From positions 38,476,473 through 38,540,472 of the forward strand of contig NC_057719.1 of NCBI RefSeq assembly GCF_004010195.1: a stretch of DNA of 64,000 nucleotides. Reading direction: 5' to 3'. Positions within the stretch are counted from its first letter, which is position 1, and the number at the start of each line of letters is the position of its first letter. This stretch comes from Chiloscyllium plagiosum. Taxonomy: Eukaryota. Under the pieces are notes generated by a model that had not been told where the DNA came from, searched no databases, and worked only from the letters and a program-made list of their open reading frames with translations. Both the position numbers and the translations under genes were made by a program. Of this stretch, positions 1-12,420 are shown piece by piece.

Positions 1-143
1 GTCCCCCCTCCCTACCTTTTATCTTAGCCTGCTGGACACACTTTCCTCATTCCTGAAGAAGGGCTCATGCCCGAAACGTCGATTCTCCTGCCCCTTGGAT
101 GCTGCCTGACCTGCTGCGCTTTTCCAGCAACACATTTTCAGCT
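1..143 (+). mobile_element. Penelope-derived short element with hammerhead core at 53-80
   Basis: CTGAAGA-A-GGGC(TCAT)GCCC-GAAAC-GTC followed by the family tail gatgctgcctgacctgctgcgcttttccagcaacacattttcagct. Confidence 0.8.
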
Positions 144-302
144 ACATAACTATTAAGCAACCACACACAAATTACTGCTTTGATAATACTTGAATGCAGC
201 TTACATAGAATTTCTTTTGATCAAATGAAGGGAGGAATTAAAATACTAATATTATGCATTTTATCAATTATTTAACTATTTGCACTAAATCTGAAAACTT
301 AC

Positions 303-442
303 CTCAAATCCAGTACCAGGCTAGCAACAACTCCAGGCTGCATAGATTTGCCTTCAGCTACATCATATAGAAAAAGCTTACAATCACAAACCACCGCATA
401 TGCTCGTTGCCAGCCTTTCTTCACTCCTGTGGGTTTGGGAAC
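303..442 (-). CDS. CDC42BPB: Exon ~26, start of PH domain: [46 protein letters not shown](R)
   Basis: Manual translation; 140 bp; AAG/GTAAGT. Confidence 0.96.
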
Positions 443-1064
443 CTTGAGAAAACAAATAAAATTAATAAGTAAATGGAACTGAAGATTGTTTAGTCATCAT
501 CAAATTTCAATAACCCTGGCACAAGGCCCTTTCTCAATTTTACTTTTTACACAATTAAGTGTGCTTCCTAATGCTGTTTTTTTTATTTTTCTTTTCTTTC
601 TGCTCTACTATTCAGGTTCAAAAAGCTGCATTTTTCAAAATACTCAATATTACTGTTCCAGAATGAATTTGTCCCAAACCACTTCAATATCAGATCAAAC
701 CAGAATAGTTACAGTGGGGATTGCAACACTGATTGGTTTTCTTTCACACCAGTAGTCAAGTATATGATGGAAACTATGATATAATGGTTGAATAATGTAT
801 AATATTTGAATTTTTACCTGCAGACGACTAGGAGCTAGCAGCACTGCATGTATAGTGCATGTACAATTTACAGAGTAAATTAAGATGGATCATCTCTTCA
901 AATTGGCAACAATATATAAACAGTGCAATAACTATCTATTTAAACTCTTGCCACTTTCAGTGCATTAATGTGCTAAAACTAAACATACACTAAACAAGCA
1001 TGTGTAACAATCTGTGGAACAGTGGTCATAAATTTAACATTTTATCCAAAGATTATTTCAATAC

Positions 1065-1201
1065 CTTTACGTAGCCTTTGTAAGCTGTGCCAATACCCCT
1101 CTGAACATCAATTCCAAGTGGCCTCTTTGCTTGCTCAGATGGAAGAGGGCAGACTTGGGGGGCACTGTCTTTGCACAAGACATGGCATATAAACGAGCAT
1201 A
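1065..1201 (-). CDS. CDC42BPB: Exon ~25, C1 second half: [46 protein letters not shown]
   Basis: ORF 1053..1250; 137 bp; TAG/GTATTG; all C1 zinc ligands intact. Confidence 0.96.
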
Positions 1202-1475
1202 CTACGGAATAAGAAAAATTATTTTGATGGAGACATAATAACAAACACATTAGATTTTAGTGAAACACTAATAACATTTCAAATCTAAACTGATATTTAG
1301 ATATTGTAAAATAACTGCACAATTTTCCACAGAACTATTTTACTAACATTTTGTTGCCATTAAAAACACAGGTGCAAAATTAATTTTACAACTTTACATA
1401 GTTTTACCTCATATCAAACATTGAATTCCAAGAATGTCAAAGTATTAGAATAGATAATATTGATGTATCACTCAC

Positions 1476-1581
1476 CATCGCAGGCATATCCCTGTCGTAC
1501 TAAACCCACCATGAGAGATGTACAATGGCTACACTGTGTAGGGCTTGAGAAATTTCTGATACTGACCTGATGGGCTTTAGG
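1476..1581 (-). CDS. CDC42BPB: Exon ~24, C1 domain first half: [35 protein letters not shown]
   Basis: Manual translation; 106 bp; CAG/GTGAGT; H-x12-C-x2-C pattern. Confidence 0.96.
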
Positions 1582-2430
1582 CTGAGGAATTCAAGAGAAA
1601 AGTACAAAGGGGGACATGATAAGCTGACATAGCTGTTCTTTATAATAAAAACACACTACTTTTTTTTTATTATTCATTCACAGAATGGAGGGCTGCTAGC
1701 TATGCCAGCATTTACTGTCCATCCCTAATTGCCTAAAGGGCAATTAAGAATCAACCACACTGCTGTGGGTCAGAATCAGATCTTTATTGAAGTAGCTCTT
1801 ATGGTATAGTGCTAGTGTGGCACCTGAGTTCAAGTTCTACCTACTCCAGAAGTGTGTAATAACATTGAACATGCATCTTTATGTGAAATTATTCAATTAA
1901 ATAGTTGAATTTTCAGGTTGAGTTGGTGCTCCACGATCAAGTTCCTTTCTGGGACTTGGAAGGCCAAAAGAAGGTACACTCAATGTGATCAAACAAGTTG
2001 AAGATGAATTTACAAATCCTTTCAACCAAGTCAATGGTGGATAGCAAGAATGGGACACACATTTGGTCATCCATGTGATGTAAAATAATTGGATAATTAC
2101 CATCACTATCTAGAGCTCCAGGCTACAATGTACATGTGCAATGTGTGTTGTCACAATAACTTCAACTCCGTGGGGTTGAAGGGGCAGTTGGCTTAATAGC
2201 AACTTGGAACAGATTGGTGCCTAACTGGGTTCAATTCTCATCCAGACTAGGTGGATTTGGCACCTGCCTCCTTGACCATGTTGGAGGTTGTGGTTTAAAC
2301 CTGCATTTGGGCAGAGATCTTGAGAACTGAATCTTCACTTAAATTTCATCAATATGAACAAATGGGAAATCAATATTGGACTTCTAAATGAACACCTTTA
2401 CTAACAACTATAAAAATAAACAAAGTATAC

Positions 2431-2505
2431 CTTAGGCAAAGGCGTTGGCTGTACAAATATAGGAGATGTAGCAGCAGGAGCTGTTTGCTGGGGTGTTAGT
2501 GGCTC
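2431..2505 (-). CDS. CDC42BPB: Exon ~23, Pro-rich linker: EPLTPQQTAPAATSPIFVQPTPLPK
   Basis: 75 bp; phase 0-0; TTTCAG/GTATAC; ends in PK before the PKAHQ exon. Confidence 0.85.
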
Positions 2506-3645
2506 CTGAAATTTATAAAACATCACAAACAATGAGTTTACTACAAGCATTTTCATTTCATCACAAATAATAGAACAAAATCAACTTTTGAGGGGTGATA
2601 CATTTTTATTGCTAGTCAAATAATGCAAGAGTCTGCATATTATGACCTTATCCTTCCAATGGAAAGTTAGATATGATATCACAAAGTCAGTTCAGGTAGC
2701 TTTGAAAATTGCATTTTTGAAGCTGTTAGCCACAGCACATTATAGTACTTATACATAGTGCCAAGGCAATGGAATGTTTAATTCTCAAAGACACTAGAGG
2801 TACAACAAAGTCCAATTAATTAGCCTATTTCAATATTCAAATACTCTATTTCTATCCATAATATCAAATGATGTCAGGTTTTAATAAAGGGCAAATTAAA
2901 ATTTTCATTTGTTACAACGATAACTATTCAATCTCTCTGCTACATGTTACTTAAGTCTTCTAGTAAAAAAAAATCGCATGCCAAAAATGCCTCGACTAGC
3001 AATTCATCAAAGACCGTAATTAATGTGAAGTTATTACTCCCACATTGAGCTCTCATCCTGCCTGTTGGTTTCCAGAGATCTTCTAGTGTTAGACAACCTT
3101 CTTATAATGGTCACATATCCAAATTTCATGTAGAAACATTCAATAATTCTACTAATATATTAAAAATCTTATGTTTATAATTGTAGTTAATTTTCCAATC
3201 AAATTCTGAAGTCCATAATTATAATGAAACTTATTCACGCTGCATTACTTTTACCTACCAGGGGATGCACTGCACGCACAATGAAAACATGACAAGTTTA
3301 CAATTATAATTCAATCTCATGACTTGAAGAATGGGTAAGGTTGAGGAGGGTCTAGTGGCCTAGAATCTAGAGGAAATAAAAATGCCCTTGACAGTAAGGG
3401 CACAGATTGCACCACATCAATTGGTTTCCTTTCCACCATGCTTCAACTACAATCATAACTTCACAGGTTTAGCCGGTAGGAACACTGTCTTGTGTAGAAA
3501 CATGCTATTTGGTTTAGTTTGATTCCCCAACTGTGATAAGTTAGCCAGTTGGCATTTGGGGTGTCGTGTAGTCAGAAAAGGACAAATACTAACAGGTCCC
3601 GTTTACTTCTTGATTATCTTTGACGTATTTATGCTGTTATGTGGG

Positions 3646-4048
3646 AAGAGTCAGAGCACGGAATCATACCTGTTGGTCCAAGCTGTCCATGTCAAGTTTC
3701 CCAAACTAAACTAGTCTCACTTGCTTGCATTTGGCCCATGTCCCTCTAAAACTTTTCTATTCATATACCTATCCAAATGTCTTTTACATGTTGCAACTGT
3801 ATCCTCATTTGCAATTTCTTCTGACAGTTCATTCCACGTATGAACCAACCTGCGAGAAAAAGTTTCCCTGCAGATCCCTTTTAAATCTTTTTTCTCTCAC
3901 CTTAAAAGTATGCCCTCTAGTTTTGAACTCCCCCTGTCCAGGGGAAAGACACTTGCCATTCACCTTGTTAATGCCCCTCATGATTTTATAATCTTCTCAG
4001 GTCACTCCTCCAGTGAAAAAGGTCCCAGCCTATCCAGCTTTTCCTTAG
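3646..4048 (-). mobile_element. CR1/HER1-type LINE 3' fragment
   Basis: Reverse complement of the same 3' end seen at 4915-5471. Confidence 0.8.
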
Positions 4049-4136
4049 AAGGATGAAGTCTAAATACAATTTTCTCCATGTTAAGAGTCTGCCAATCAAT
4101 AGCATAAATGATAAATAAGTGAAACTCCACAGAAGG

Positions 4137-4341
4137 GAGAAAGTGAGGGGTGCAGATACTGGGGATCAGAGTCTAAGAATGTGGTGCTGGAAAAGCACAG
4201 CCAGTCAGGCAGCATCTGAGGGGCAGGAAAATCAACGTTTCAAGCATAAGAAGAAGAAGAGCTTATGCTTGAAACGTCGATTCTCCTGCTCCTCGGATGT
4301 TGCCTGACCAGCTGTGCTTTTCCAGCACCACACTCTGACTC
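4137..4341. mobile_element. Palindromic Penelope-derived short element, hammerhead cores lost at the centre
   Basis: Inverted arms; TSD gaaactccaca(g/t)aagg at 4121-4136 and 4342-4357. Confidence 0.8.
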
Positions 4342-4914
4342 GAAACTCCACATAAGGCAACTCAGGACAGAGGGGAAAAAGAAACATAAAAATTGGGGTG
4401 AGGAAACGAATAAGAAATTTTGTTGGGGAAATACTATGCTTAATCTATTGGCTTAATAGAATGTAGAAAGTAAAACTCTGACAAAAAGGGTTTCTATCAT
4501 TTTGCTGAAGAGAGAGGTAAGTTACTGAAGCTTCTTACCCTGCACTCACCAGTACAAAATGCATCTGTATTTATTGAACTTACTAACCTACCAACTCATA
4601 CAGTCAAGTTCAATTCCAATGTCACCAAAACTATGTTGCTATGAAATCCACCTAGAGGTGTGAACATTTCCATAAGTTTCCATGAAAAACGTGTATTTGA
4701 GCCCTAACCTCCTACCCCGTGAAAATTTCCAATACATACTCAAAAGGATGCCAATCTTTGGATCTACACCTGCATGTAGTTATTTGTTTACAGATGTTAA
4801 TATGATCCATCCTGCACTCAAATGCACTTTTGAGATGCAGCAGTCTAATGTACGCCCTTTCAACATGTTAGTTGAGGATCCACTAATGATGACTCCAACA
4901 TTGACTCGTACAAA

Positions 4915-5471
4915 TTGACCACTTTTTGAATATTGCATGCAATTCTGGTCTCCCTCCTATTGGAATGATGTTGTGAAACTTGAAAGGGTGCAGAAAAGAT
5001 TTACAAGGATGTTGCCAGGGTTGGAGGATTTGAGGATTTTAGGGAGAGGCTGAATAAGCTCTGGCTGTTTTCCCTGGAATGTGAGAAGTTGAGGGGTCAC
5101 CTCAGAGGTTTATAAAATCATGAGGAGCATGGGTAGGATAAATAGACAAGATCTTTTCCCTGGGGTGTGGAAGTCCTGAAGAAGAGGGCATAGGTTTAGT
5201 GCGAGAGGGGAAAAAATGTAAGGGTCCTAAGGAGGACCTGTTTCACGCAGAGGGTGTGTGGGTATAGAATGAGCTGCCAGAGGAAGTGATGGAAGCTGGT
5301 ACAATTATAGCATTTAAAAGGCATGTGGATGGGTATATGAAAAGGAAGAGCTTAGAGGGATTTGGGCAAAGTGCTGGCAAATGGGACTAGATTAGGTTAG
5401 GATACCATTGGTATGGACGAGTTGAATCGAAGGGTCTGTTTCTGTGCTGTACATATCTATGACTGTATGAC
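4915..5471 (+). mobile_element. CR1/HER1-type LINE 3' fragment
   Basis: EYCMQFWSP..LERVQKRFTRMLPGL CR1 ORF2 C-terminus, plus 3' UTR ending ctctatgact. Confidence 0.88.
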
Positions 5472-5689
5472 CATTAACTAGTCAGAAACAAAGTGCATCA
5501 AAGCCATTCTGCAGGACAATGGCCGAACTACTTTGATCACTGTTTAATACATATTATGCAAACTTCAAATGGGTCAATATTTGCAACTTTTGAACTTCAA
5601 AAGTGGTCAATTTAACTCAAATTACACATGAATCTTTAAAGTACCAGAGAGTTTGAACAAGTTAAGCATACCATTTCACATTATTTCTC

Positions 5690-6040
5690 AAGATGGAAGT
5701 GGTAGTTTTGACTAATACATTGGTGCCATCAATCCAAAAACACACACTGCCTACCACACTACTGAGCAACACAGTGTATGAATTTCAGTACCAGTGTGGT
5801 GTCAAAAATATAAATGGTCTGAAGCAATAATAGCCGATCAAATCATCAATGCATTTTCTCAGTTGGTCAGAATTGTCAATACTATGGACCATACTCAAGT
5901 CAGCCCAAAAGCTTACAAAATCCAAAGCAAAACCTTTACTGTTAAGCGTGATTCTGCAATTGGGTATCACTTGCTGAATGATCCTGAGTGCAGTAATAAC
6001 TAACTTATAAATAATGTTTGATAATCAGTTGTGCTTATAT
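5690..6040 (+). mobile_element. Old Penelope-like GIY-YIG fragment (third family)
   Basis: Degenerate translations PSIQKHTLPTTLLSNTVYEFQYQC and DSAIGYHLLNDPEC. Confidence 0.7.
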
Positions 6041-6047
6041 CATAACC

Positions 6048-6291
6048 AAAATGTGTGGTGCTGGAAAAGCACAGCCAGTCAGGCAGGATCCCAGGAGCAG
6101 GAGAGTTGACGTTTAAAGCTAAANNNNNNNNNNNNNNNNNNATAGGTTGGAGTGGTGGGTGGATCGGATAGGTGGGAAGGATGATGGACAGGTAGAACAG
6201 TTCAAGATGATGGTGGCGAGTTGGAGGGTTGGATATGGGATAAGGTGGGGGGGGGGTGAAAAGATCAGAAAACTGGTGAAATTGGCATTGA
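6048..6291 (-). mobile_element. Penelope 3' end and pseudo-LTR fragment spanning an N gap
   Basis: gtggtgctggaaaagcacagccagtcaggcag tail plus G-rich Penelope 3' region. Confidence 0.7.
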
Positions 6292-6305
6292 TCTACAATA
6301 CTTAC

Positions 6306-6404
6306 ATCCCTCCGTTCCAGATTGCTAGAAATTAATGGCGATGGAGAATGAGGAGATGCTTCTGGTTTTGGGCCTGCCAAATCAGACTCACTAATGGAAC
6401 CACT
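6306..6404 (-). CDS. CDC42BPB: Exon ~22, linker: SGSISESDLAGPKPEASPHSPSPLISSNLERRD
   Basis: 99 bp; TTCTTATTTTCTACAG acceptor and GTAAGT donor; PKPEASP shared with mammalian MRCK-beta. Confidence 0.88.
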
Positions 6405-7477
6405 CTGTAGAAAATAAGAAACAATTTCAAATAAAAAATTGCATGAGAATCACATCAAATTAATGTTTTAATTGATAATCATCGCCAATTGAAAAAAAAA
6501 CATCCTGACAATTTAGTTAAGTTTCAAGTTAGAAAAATATTTACCTTTGTCACATTCTTTTTATAGTTATCGTATGATGTTACAATGCAGTATATCACAA
6601 TTCTGAAGACCTTTGCATTTTTGTCACTAAAGACACATCACACTCTAAATGCACAAAGTGCTGTATAAGTAATTGGCATTTTAGACGGGAACCACTATGC
6701 CCCACTAAACTTCAAATGGAAGGTGCAGACCAACTGTCACAGATGCAGATTTGTTCTTCAGTCCAATCAGAAACTTGGGTCTAGATGTGAATCAAATTAT
6801 TCTTGCTTTTCAAACCATGCCAATAAGACAGAAAAATCATTTTCGTTGCCGGCAAATTATAAAGCACATTGTCAAATACATAACAACTTTACTAGCTAGC
6901 TAAACTATTAATACAGTATCATTTTAGGAAACATTCAAATTATAAGTTGCGTAAAACATTTGCAAGTCCTGCATAATAGCTATTTTGTCTGTTTTTAAAA
7001 AAAGAGAGATTCACACTTAAATTCTTTCCTGGCCACATAGCATCTTGAACCAATGAAGGATTTTAGAATTCTTGTAATATGGCAAACAGATGCCAATTTG
7101 AATAAAATAATTAAATAAATTACAAGTTCATCTGTTTTACATGTTGGTCACCCCATCAAAATAAAATTCCTCAGCTCTGCTTCAAACAATAATGAATCTT
7201 TTTATGTCACGAGATTTGGTTCAATGTCTCATCTGAAAGACTGCATCACTAACTATCCAGCAACTATCCAGCCTCAATACTGCACTGAAATGTCAAAAAT
7301 TTGCATGCATATGGAATCTTTAATACAATAAAAACATCCTAAGCATCTCACGTGAGCATAATAAAACAAAATATGACACCAAAACTACTGAAGACATTAT
7401 TAGGACAGGCAACCAACCCTTTAGTCAAAGAGGTAGCTTTAAGGAGTGCCTTGAAAAAGGAAAGCAAGGAAGAAGTG

Positions 7478-7715
7478 AATAGCATGGTGGCTCAGTGGCT
7501 AGCACATCTCCCAGTGGCTGGGAGTGTCCCAGAGCTTAGTATGGGTGGTCTGATTTCTCCCCACAGTCCAAAGATGTGCGGGTTAGGTGGATTGGCCATA
7601 CTAAATTGCCCACAGTGTTCAGGGGTGTGCAAGTTAAGTGGATTAGCCCTGGGAAATGCAGGGTTACAGGGATATGGTAGGGGGGAAAAGTCTGGGTAGG
7701 ATGTTCTTTGGAGAG
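7478..7715 (+). mobile_element. HE1-type SINE, diverged
   Basis: gcatggtggctcagtggctagcac..cccacagtccaaagatgtgcgggttaggtggattggccatactaaattgccc. Confidence 0.75.
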
Positions 7716-8436
7716 TCCTGATGAAAAGTTCTGATCTGAAACATTGACTTCCCTTCTCCTCTGACCTGCAGTGCTTTTCCCAACTCCACTCTGACTGTGA
7801 ATTAATTTTGGTTAGCAAAAACAGGTGTGACAAGTGATTGGGACTTGGTGCAAATTAAGATAGGAGTAACAGAATTTTGGATCACCTCAAGTTTACAGAG
7901 CACAGAAACTGAGACACTAGCCTGAGGAGCATTGAAATAGACAAGTCTAAAGGTAGTAAAGATACAAATGAGATTTCAGTAGTAGTTGGGCTGAGACAGA
8001 GATAGAATCATGCAATGTTACAAAAGTAGAAACAAGTGGTCTTAGAGATGGTGTAAATGTGTGGTCAGATGTTGACCTTGAGATTTAAGCATAGAATGGT
8101 GCCAGAAAGAGGGAAGGATTGGTTAGTTAGGGTGAAAGGTTTGGAGCATGGACTTAAAACAGTGTTTTCAGTCTCCTCAATATTTAACTGAAGGAAACAT
8201 CTGTAGATGGAGTACTCTATGTCAGATAGCAATCTGATAATTTAGCAACAATAAAGAATCATTTGGTGAGTATCCATGTTAGAACTAATACGGTGCTTTT
8301 CGTTGATGTCTCTGAAGGCCAGCGTACATATCAGAAATAGGTTACAATGACAATTTTTTGGGGATAGTAGAGGTTCTAATGGGATATGCAGGAAGAGAAG
8401 CAATTTGACATGTTTCCCTGGCTATGATTAGATGAA

Positions 8437-8564
8437 GAGAAAATGAGGTCTGCAGATGCTGGAGATCAGAGACGGAAATGTGTTGCTGGAGAAGCGCAGC
8501 AGGTCAGGCAGCATCTAGGGAACAGGAGAATCGACGTTTCGGGCATTAGCCCTTCTTCAGGAAT
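8437..8564 (-). mobile_element. Penelope-derived short element with intact hammerhead core (~8533-8560), sense to host
   Basis: Minus strand reads CUGAAGA-A-GGGC(UAAU)GCCC-GAAAC-GUC; inserted in an L2 remnant. Confidence 0.8.
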
Positions 8565-9159
8565 CGATGGGCAAGAATAAAATCAGTTGAAAACAGTCCA
8601 ATGAAGATGGACCACAGCAGAATGGCATTTGAGGAATATAGTGCAATTAACCATGTCAAATGCTGCCAACAGGATGAAGAAAATGCAAAAGGTTGTTAAC
8701 TTGTGACAGTCTTGTAGGATGCCATTAGGGCCTTCAATATGAACCACTTTAGTGTTACAAAAGGGTTAGAAATCCAACTGGAAGGATTCAAACATGACGT
8801 TTTTGAAAGATGGGCATGGTGTGGAGGATTCTGTAGAGCAAAGGGATGTTGGAAATAGGGTGATTGTTTGCAAGGATGTTTCTTCAAATTTCTTTTTGAG
8901 ATGGCTGATGATGGCAAATATAAAGAGTACTAGGATATGAATATTGCTAATTGTGATGGTGAAGGAGGAAAAGTAGGTGGTCAGCAGTTCAGTGGGAAAA
9001 AGTTGACGAAGCAGGGCATATGGAAATACAGTAAAAGTGGCCCAACCACAGCTAACAGATGAAATTAAGTATAGTATTAAATCCAAATAGGAGTCATAAT
9101 ACTTTGCCAGAGAAAGGTACCAAGCATGGGGACTGGGAACAGTTTAGAATTCAGCAAAG

Positions 9160-12100
9160 GAGGATAAAGGGTTGGTTAAGAGTGGAAAAATAGGTAATGA
9201 CAGTAAACTTGCAAGAAACATAAAAGTGGGTTGCAAGCGCTTTTGTAAGTGCAAGTCTGCAAATAGAAAAAAACTAGTGAACACAAATATAGGTCCCTTG
9301 CATCTTAAATGGGAGAAATTATTATGGAGAATAGGAAATGACAGAGCAACTGAACTACTTTAGTTCTGTCTTCATAGAATACATAAATAACTTCCCAGGA
9401 ATGTTGGGGAAGCAAGGGTATATTAGGAAAGAGGAATTGTAGGAAATTAGTTTTAGTAAAAAAAACTAGTGCTGGAAGAAAGAATAAGATTAGCTTATAA
9501 ATCACCAGGGCCAAATAACGATAAGCCCAGGATACTAAAGGAGATGGCCACTGAAATAGTGGATGCATTAGACCACAAGACCGTAAGATATAGGAGCAAA
9601 ATTAGGCCATTCAGCCCCTTGAGTCTGCTCCACCATTCACTCATGGATGACATGTTTCTCAGCCCTTTTCTCCTGCCTTCTTCCTGTAATCTTTGATACC
9701 TTTACTAATCAAGAAGCTACTTCCGAATTAAATACACTTGAAGACTTAGCTTCCATAGTCCTCTGTGGCAATACATTCCACAGTGTCACACCACCCTCTG
9801 GCTGAAGAAATTCCTCCTCATCTTAGCTCGAAAAGGTCATGCCTTCACTCTAAGGGGTTGTGCCCCTGGGTCCTAGCCTCTTCTAGTAGTGGAAACATCT
9901 TCTCCACATCCACTCTATCCACGCCTCTTAGTATGCTGTAAGTTTGAATGAGAGCCTCGTCATCCTTCTAGATTATATCAAGTACAGATCCAGAGTCCCC
10001 AACCGCTCTTTACATGAGTAGCCTTTCATACTCGGAATCATTCTTGTAAACGTCCTCTGGACTCTATCCAAATCAGCACATCTTTCCCCAAGATACAAGG
10101 CCCAAAACTGTTTAAAATATTCCAAAAGCAGTCTGACCAGAGCCTTATACATCCTTAGCACTCTTGAAATGAATGCCAAGATTGCATGTGCCTTCCTAAC
10201 CGCCAAATGAACCTGTACGTTAACCTTGAGAAAATTGAACGAGACCTCCCAAATCCCTTTGTGCTTCAGATTTCCGAAGCTTTTCCACATTTGGAAAATA
10301 GTCCACATCTCTATTCTTCCGACCAAAACATATAACCTCATACTTTGCCACACTGTATTCCAACTGCCACTTCTTTGCCCAATCACCTAGCACATCCAAG
10401 ATCTTCTGTAGCCTCCCCGCTTCCTTAACATTACACTATTTGTCCCTCCAACTACCTTTGTGTCAACTTCCAAAATTCTGTACACTCTTGAACAGTCACA
10501 GCGGATTGGCAGGTAGCAAGTGTAAGGAGGAGGAAACAAGAAAAATGCTGGGAAAGTAGTAGGGAAAATGCTGGAGATTATTATTATAAAGGACAGGACA
10601 ACAGGGCACTTAGAAAATACCAATGGAATTCCACCAAGCAAACATGGAGTTTTGAAATGGAAATCATATCACAATAAAAACAGTACCTTTTTTGGAGTTC
10701 ATAATTAATAGAAGAGTGAGGACAAACCTGCATATCTGAATTTTTATAATGCTTTTGAAAGTCCAGCTTTAGAGTCTTGTAGTGCAAAATTAAAGCACAT
10801 GGGATTGGTGGCAGTATACTGTCATGGATTAAGAACTGGTTAGCAGATAGGAAATTGAGTAGGAATAAAATGGGTCATTGCAGAGTGAAAAGTGATAACA
10901 AGGGAGGTACCACAGGATCAGCACTTGAGCACATTATTTACAACGTATAAATAAATTATTTGGATGAAGGAATCAAATGTAGTATTTACAAGCTTTTTGA
11001 TGGCTCAAAACTATGAGATTGAGAGTTGTAACAAGGATATAAAAAGATTACAGGGCGATATAGACATTTTGAGAGTGGGCAAACATGTGGCAGATGCTGT
11101 ATAATATGGATTAATGAGAGGTTGTCCACTTCAGTATGAAAAAAAGACTACAAAACGTCAGAGGACTCCTGTGAATTGATATATAAAGGGATCTGGGCGA
11201 CCTTGCACACCAGTCACTGAAAGCAAAGATGCAGGTGCAGCAAGCTGTTAGGAAGACAAATGTTATGTTAGTCTTCATTGCAAGATGGAGAGAGTGAGGT
11301 CTGCAGATGCTGGAGATCAGTCGAGAGTGTGTTGCTGGAAAAGCACAGCATTCCAGAAGAAGGGCTCTGGCCCGAAACGTCAATTCTCCTGCTCCTTAGA
11401 TGCTGCCTGACCTGCTGTGCTTTTCCAGCAACACACACCCGATCCTCCATTGCACAAAGTTGACAGTACAGAAGCAAGTCAGTCAAAGAGTCATAGAGAT
11501 GTACAGCACAGAAACAGACCCTTCGGTCCAACCCGTCCATGCCGACGAGATATCCCAACCCAATCTCGTCCCACCTGCCAGTACCCGGCCCATATCCTTC
11601 CAAACCTATTCATATACCCATCTAAATGCCTTAAATGTTGCAGTTGTACCAGCCTCCACCACATCCTCTGGCAGCTCATTCCATACACATACCCCCCTCT
11701 GCGTGAAAACGTTGCCCCTTAGGTCTCTTTTATATCTTTCCCCTCTCACCGTAAACCTATGCCCTCTAGTTCTGGACTTCCCGACCCCAGGGAAAAGACT
11801 TTGTCTATTTACCCTATCCATGCTGCTCAATTTTGTAAACCTCTATAAGGTCACCCCTCAGCCTCCGATGCTCCAGGGAAAACAGCCCCAGCGGTCTTAT
11901 AGTATCTGCACAGGGCCTTAAGTGAGACTATGGAGTACTGTATGCAGTTCTGGTCTTTTTACCCAAGAAAAAATATGCATGCCACAGAGGGAACGCAGGA
12001 AAGGTTCATCAAAAGTGATTCCTGGAATGTCTGATTTGCCCGGTCAGGAGGATTTGGGTGGAGTGCGCCTGTCTTGAATGAGGTTTAGATGAATGAAAGG

Positions 12101-12420
12101 AGGTCTCATTGAGCCATAATTTTTTTTTTTTAACAGGGCTGGACGGACTGAATGCAGGGATAATGCACCCTGACTGTGGAATCGAGAACAAAGGGTCACG
12201 ACCTCAAAATATGTGGTAGTCCATTCTGGAGTGAGATGAGGAAAAAGTTATTCACTCACAGGATGGTGAACTGGAATTCTCTAACGCAGTAGGCTGTGGT
12301 GATGAAATCACAATATATTTAAGAAAGTAGTAAAAGATTTCTCGAGGCTAAAGGTAAGTGGGGAAGTAGCGGGACATAGTGTGGAGATAAGAGGCTTGTG
12401 AGATGACAAAGCAGGCTCAA
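9160..12420 (+). mobile_element. Old CR1 LINE remnant with nested insertions: minus-strand CR1 ~9570-10465, Penelope derivative 11287-11437, young minus-strand CR1 11487-11891
   Basis: LARNIK..KSPGP..PRILKEMATEIVDAL, LDFQK, and LEYFKQFWA..DRVQRTFTRMIP fragments in the ORF track. Confidence 0.82.
11287..11437. mobile_element. Partly palindromic Penelope-derived short element with mutated core (CAGAAGA)
   Basis: Same family tail in both orientations; inserted in a CR1 remnant. Confidence 0.75.

Larger units (their letters stand above)
7330..9010 (-). mobile_element. Old L2 LINE remnant hosting a SINE and Penelope derivatives
   Basis: Collinear similarity to 49250-50170. Confidence 0.62.

Noticed and set aside
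818..843. Donor CAG/GTAAAA between exons ~25 and ~26 with three upstream AGs, a possible microexon
   Set aside because: Lengths of 10, 17 and 26 nt are all out of frame, the pyrimidine tract is weak, and the nearby TGCATG motifs are on the antisense strand.
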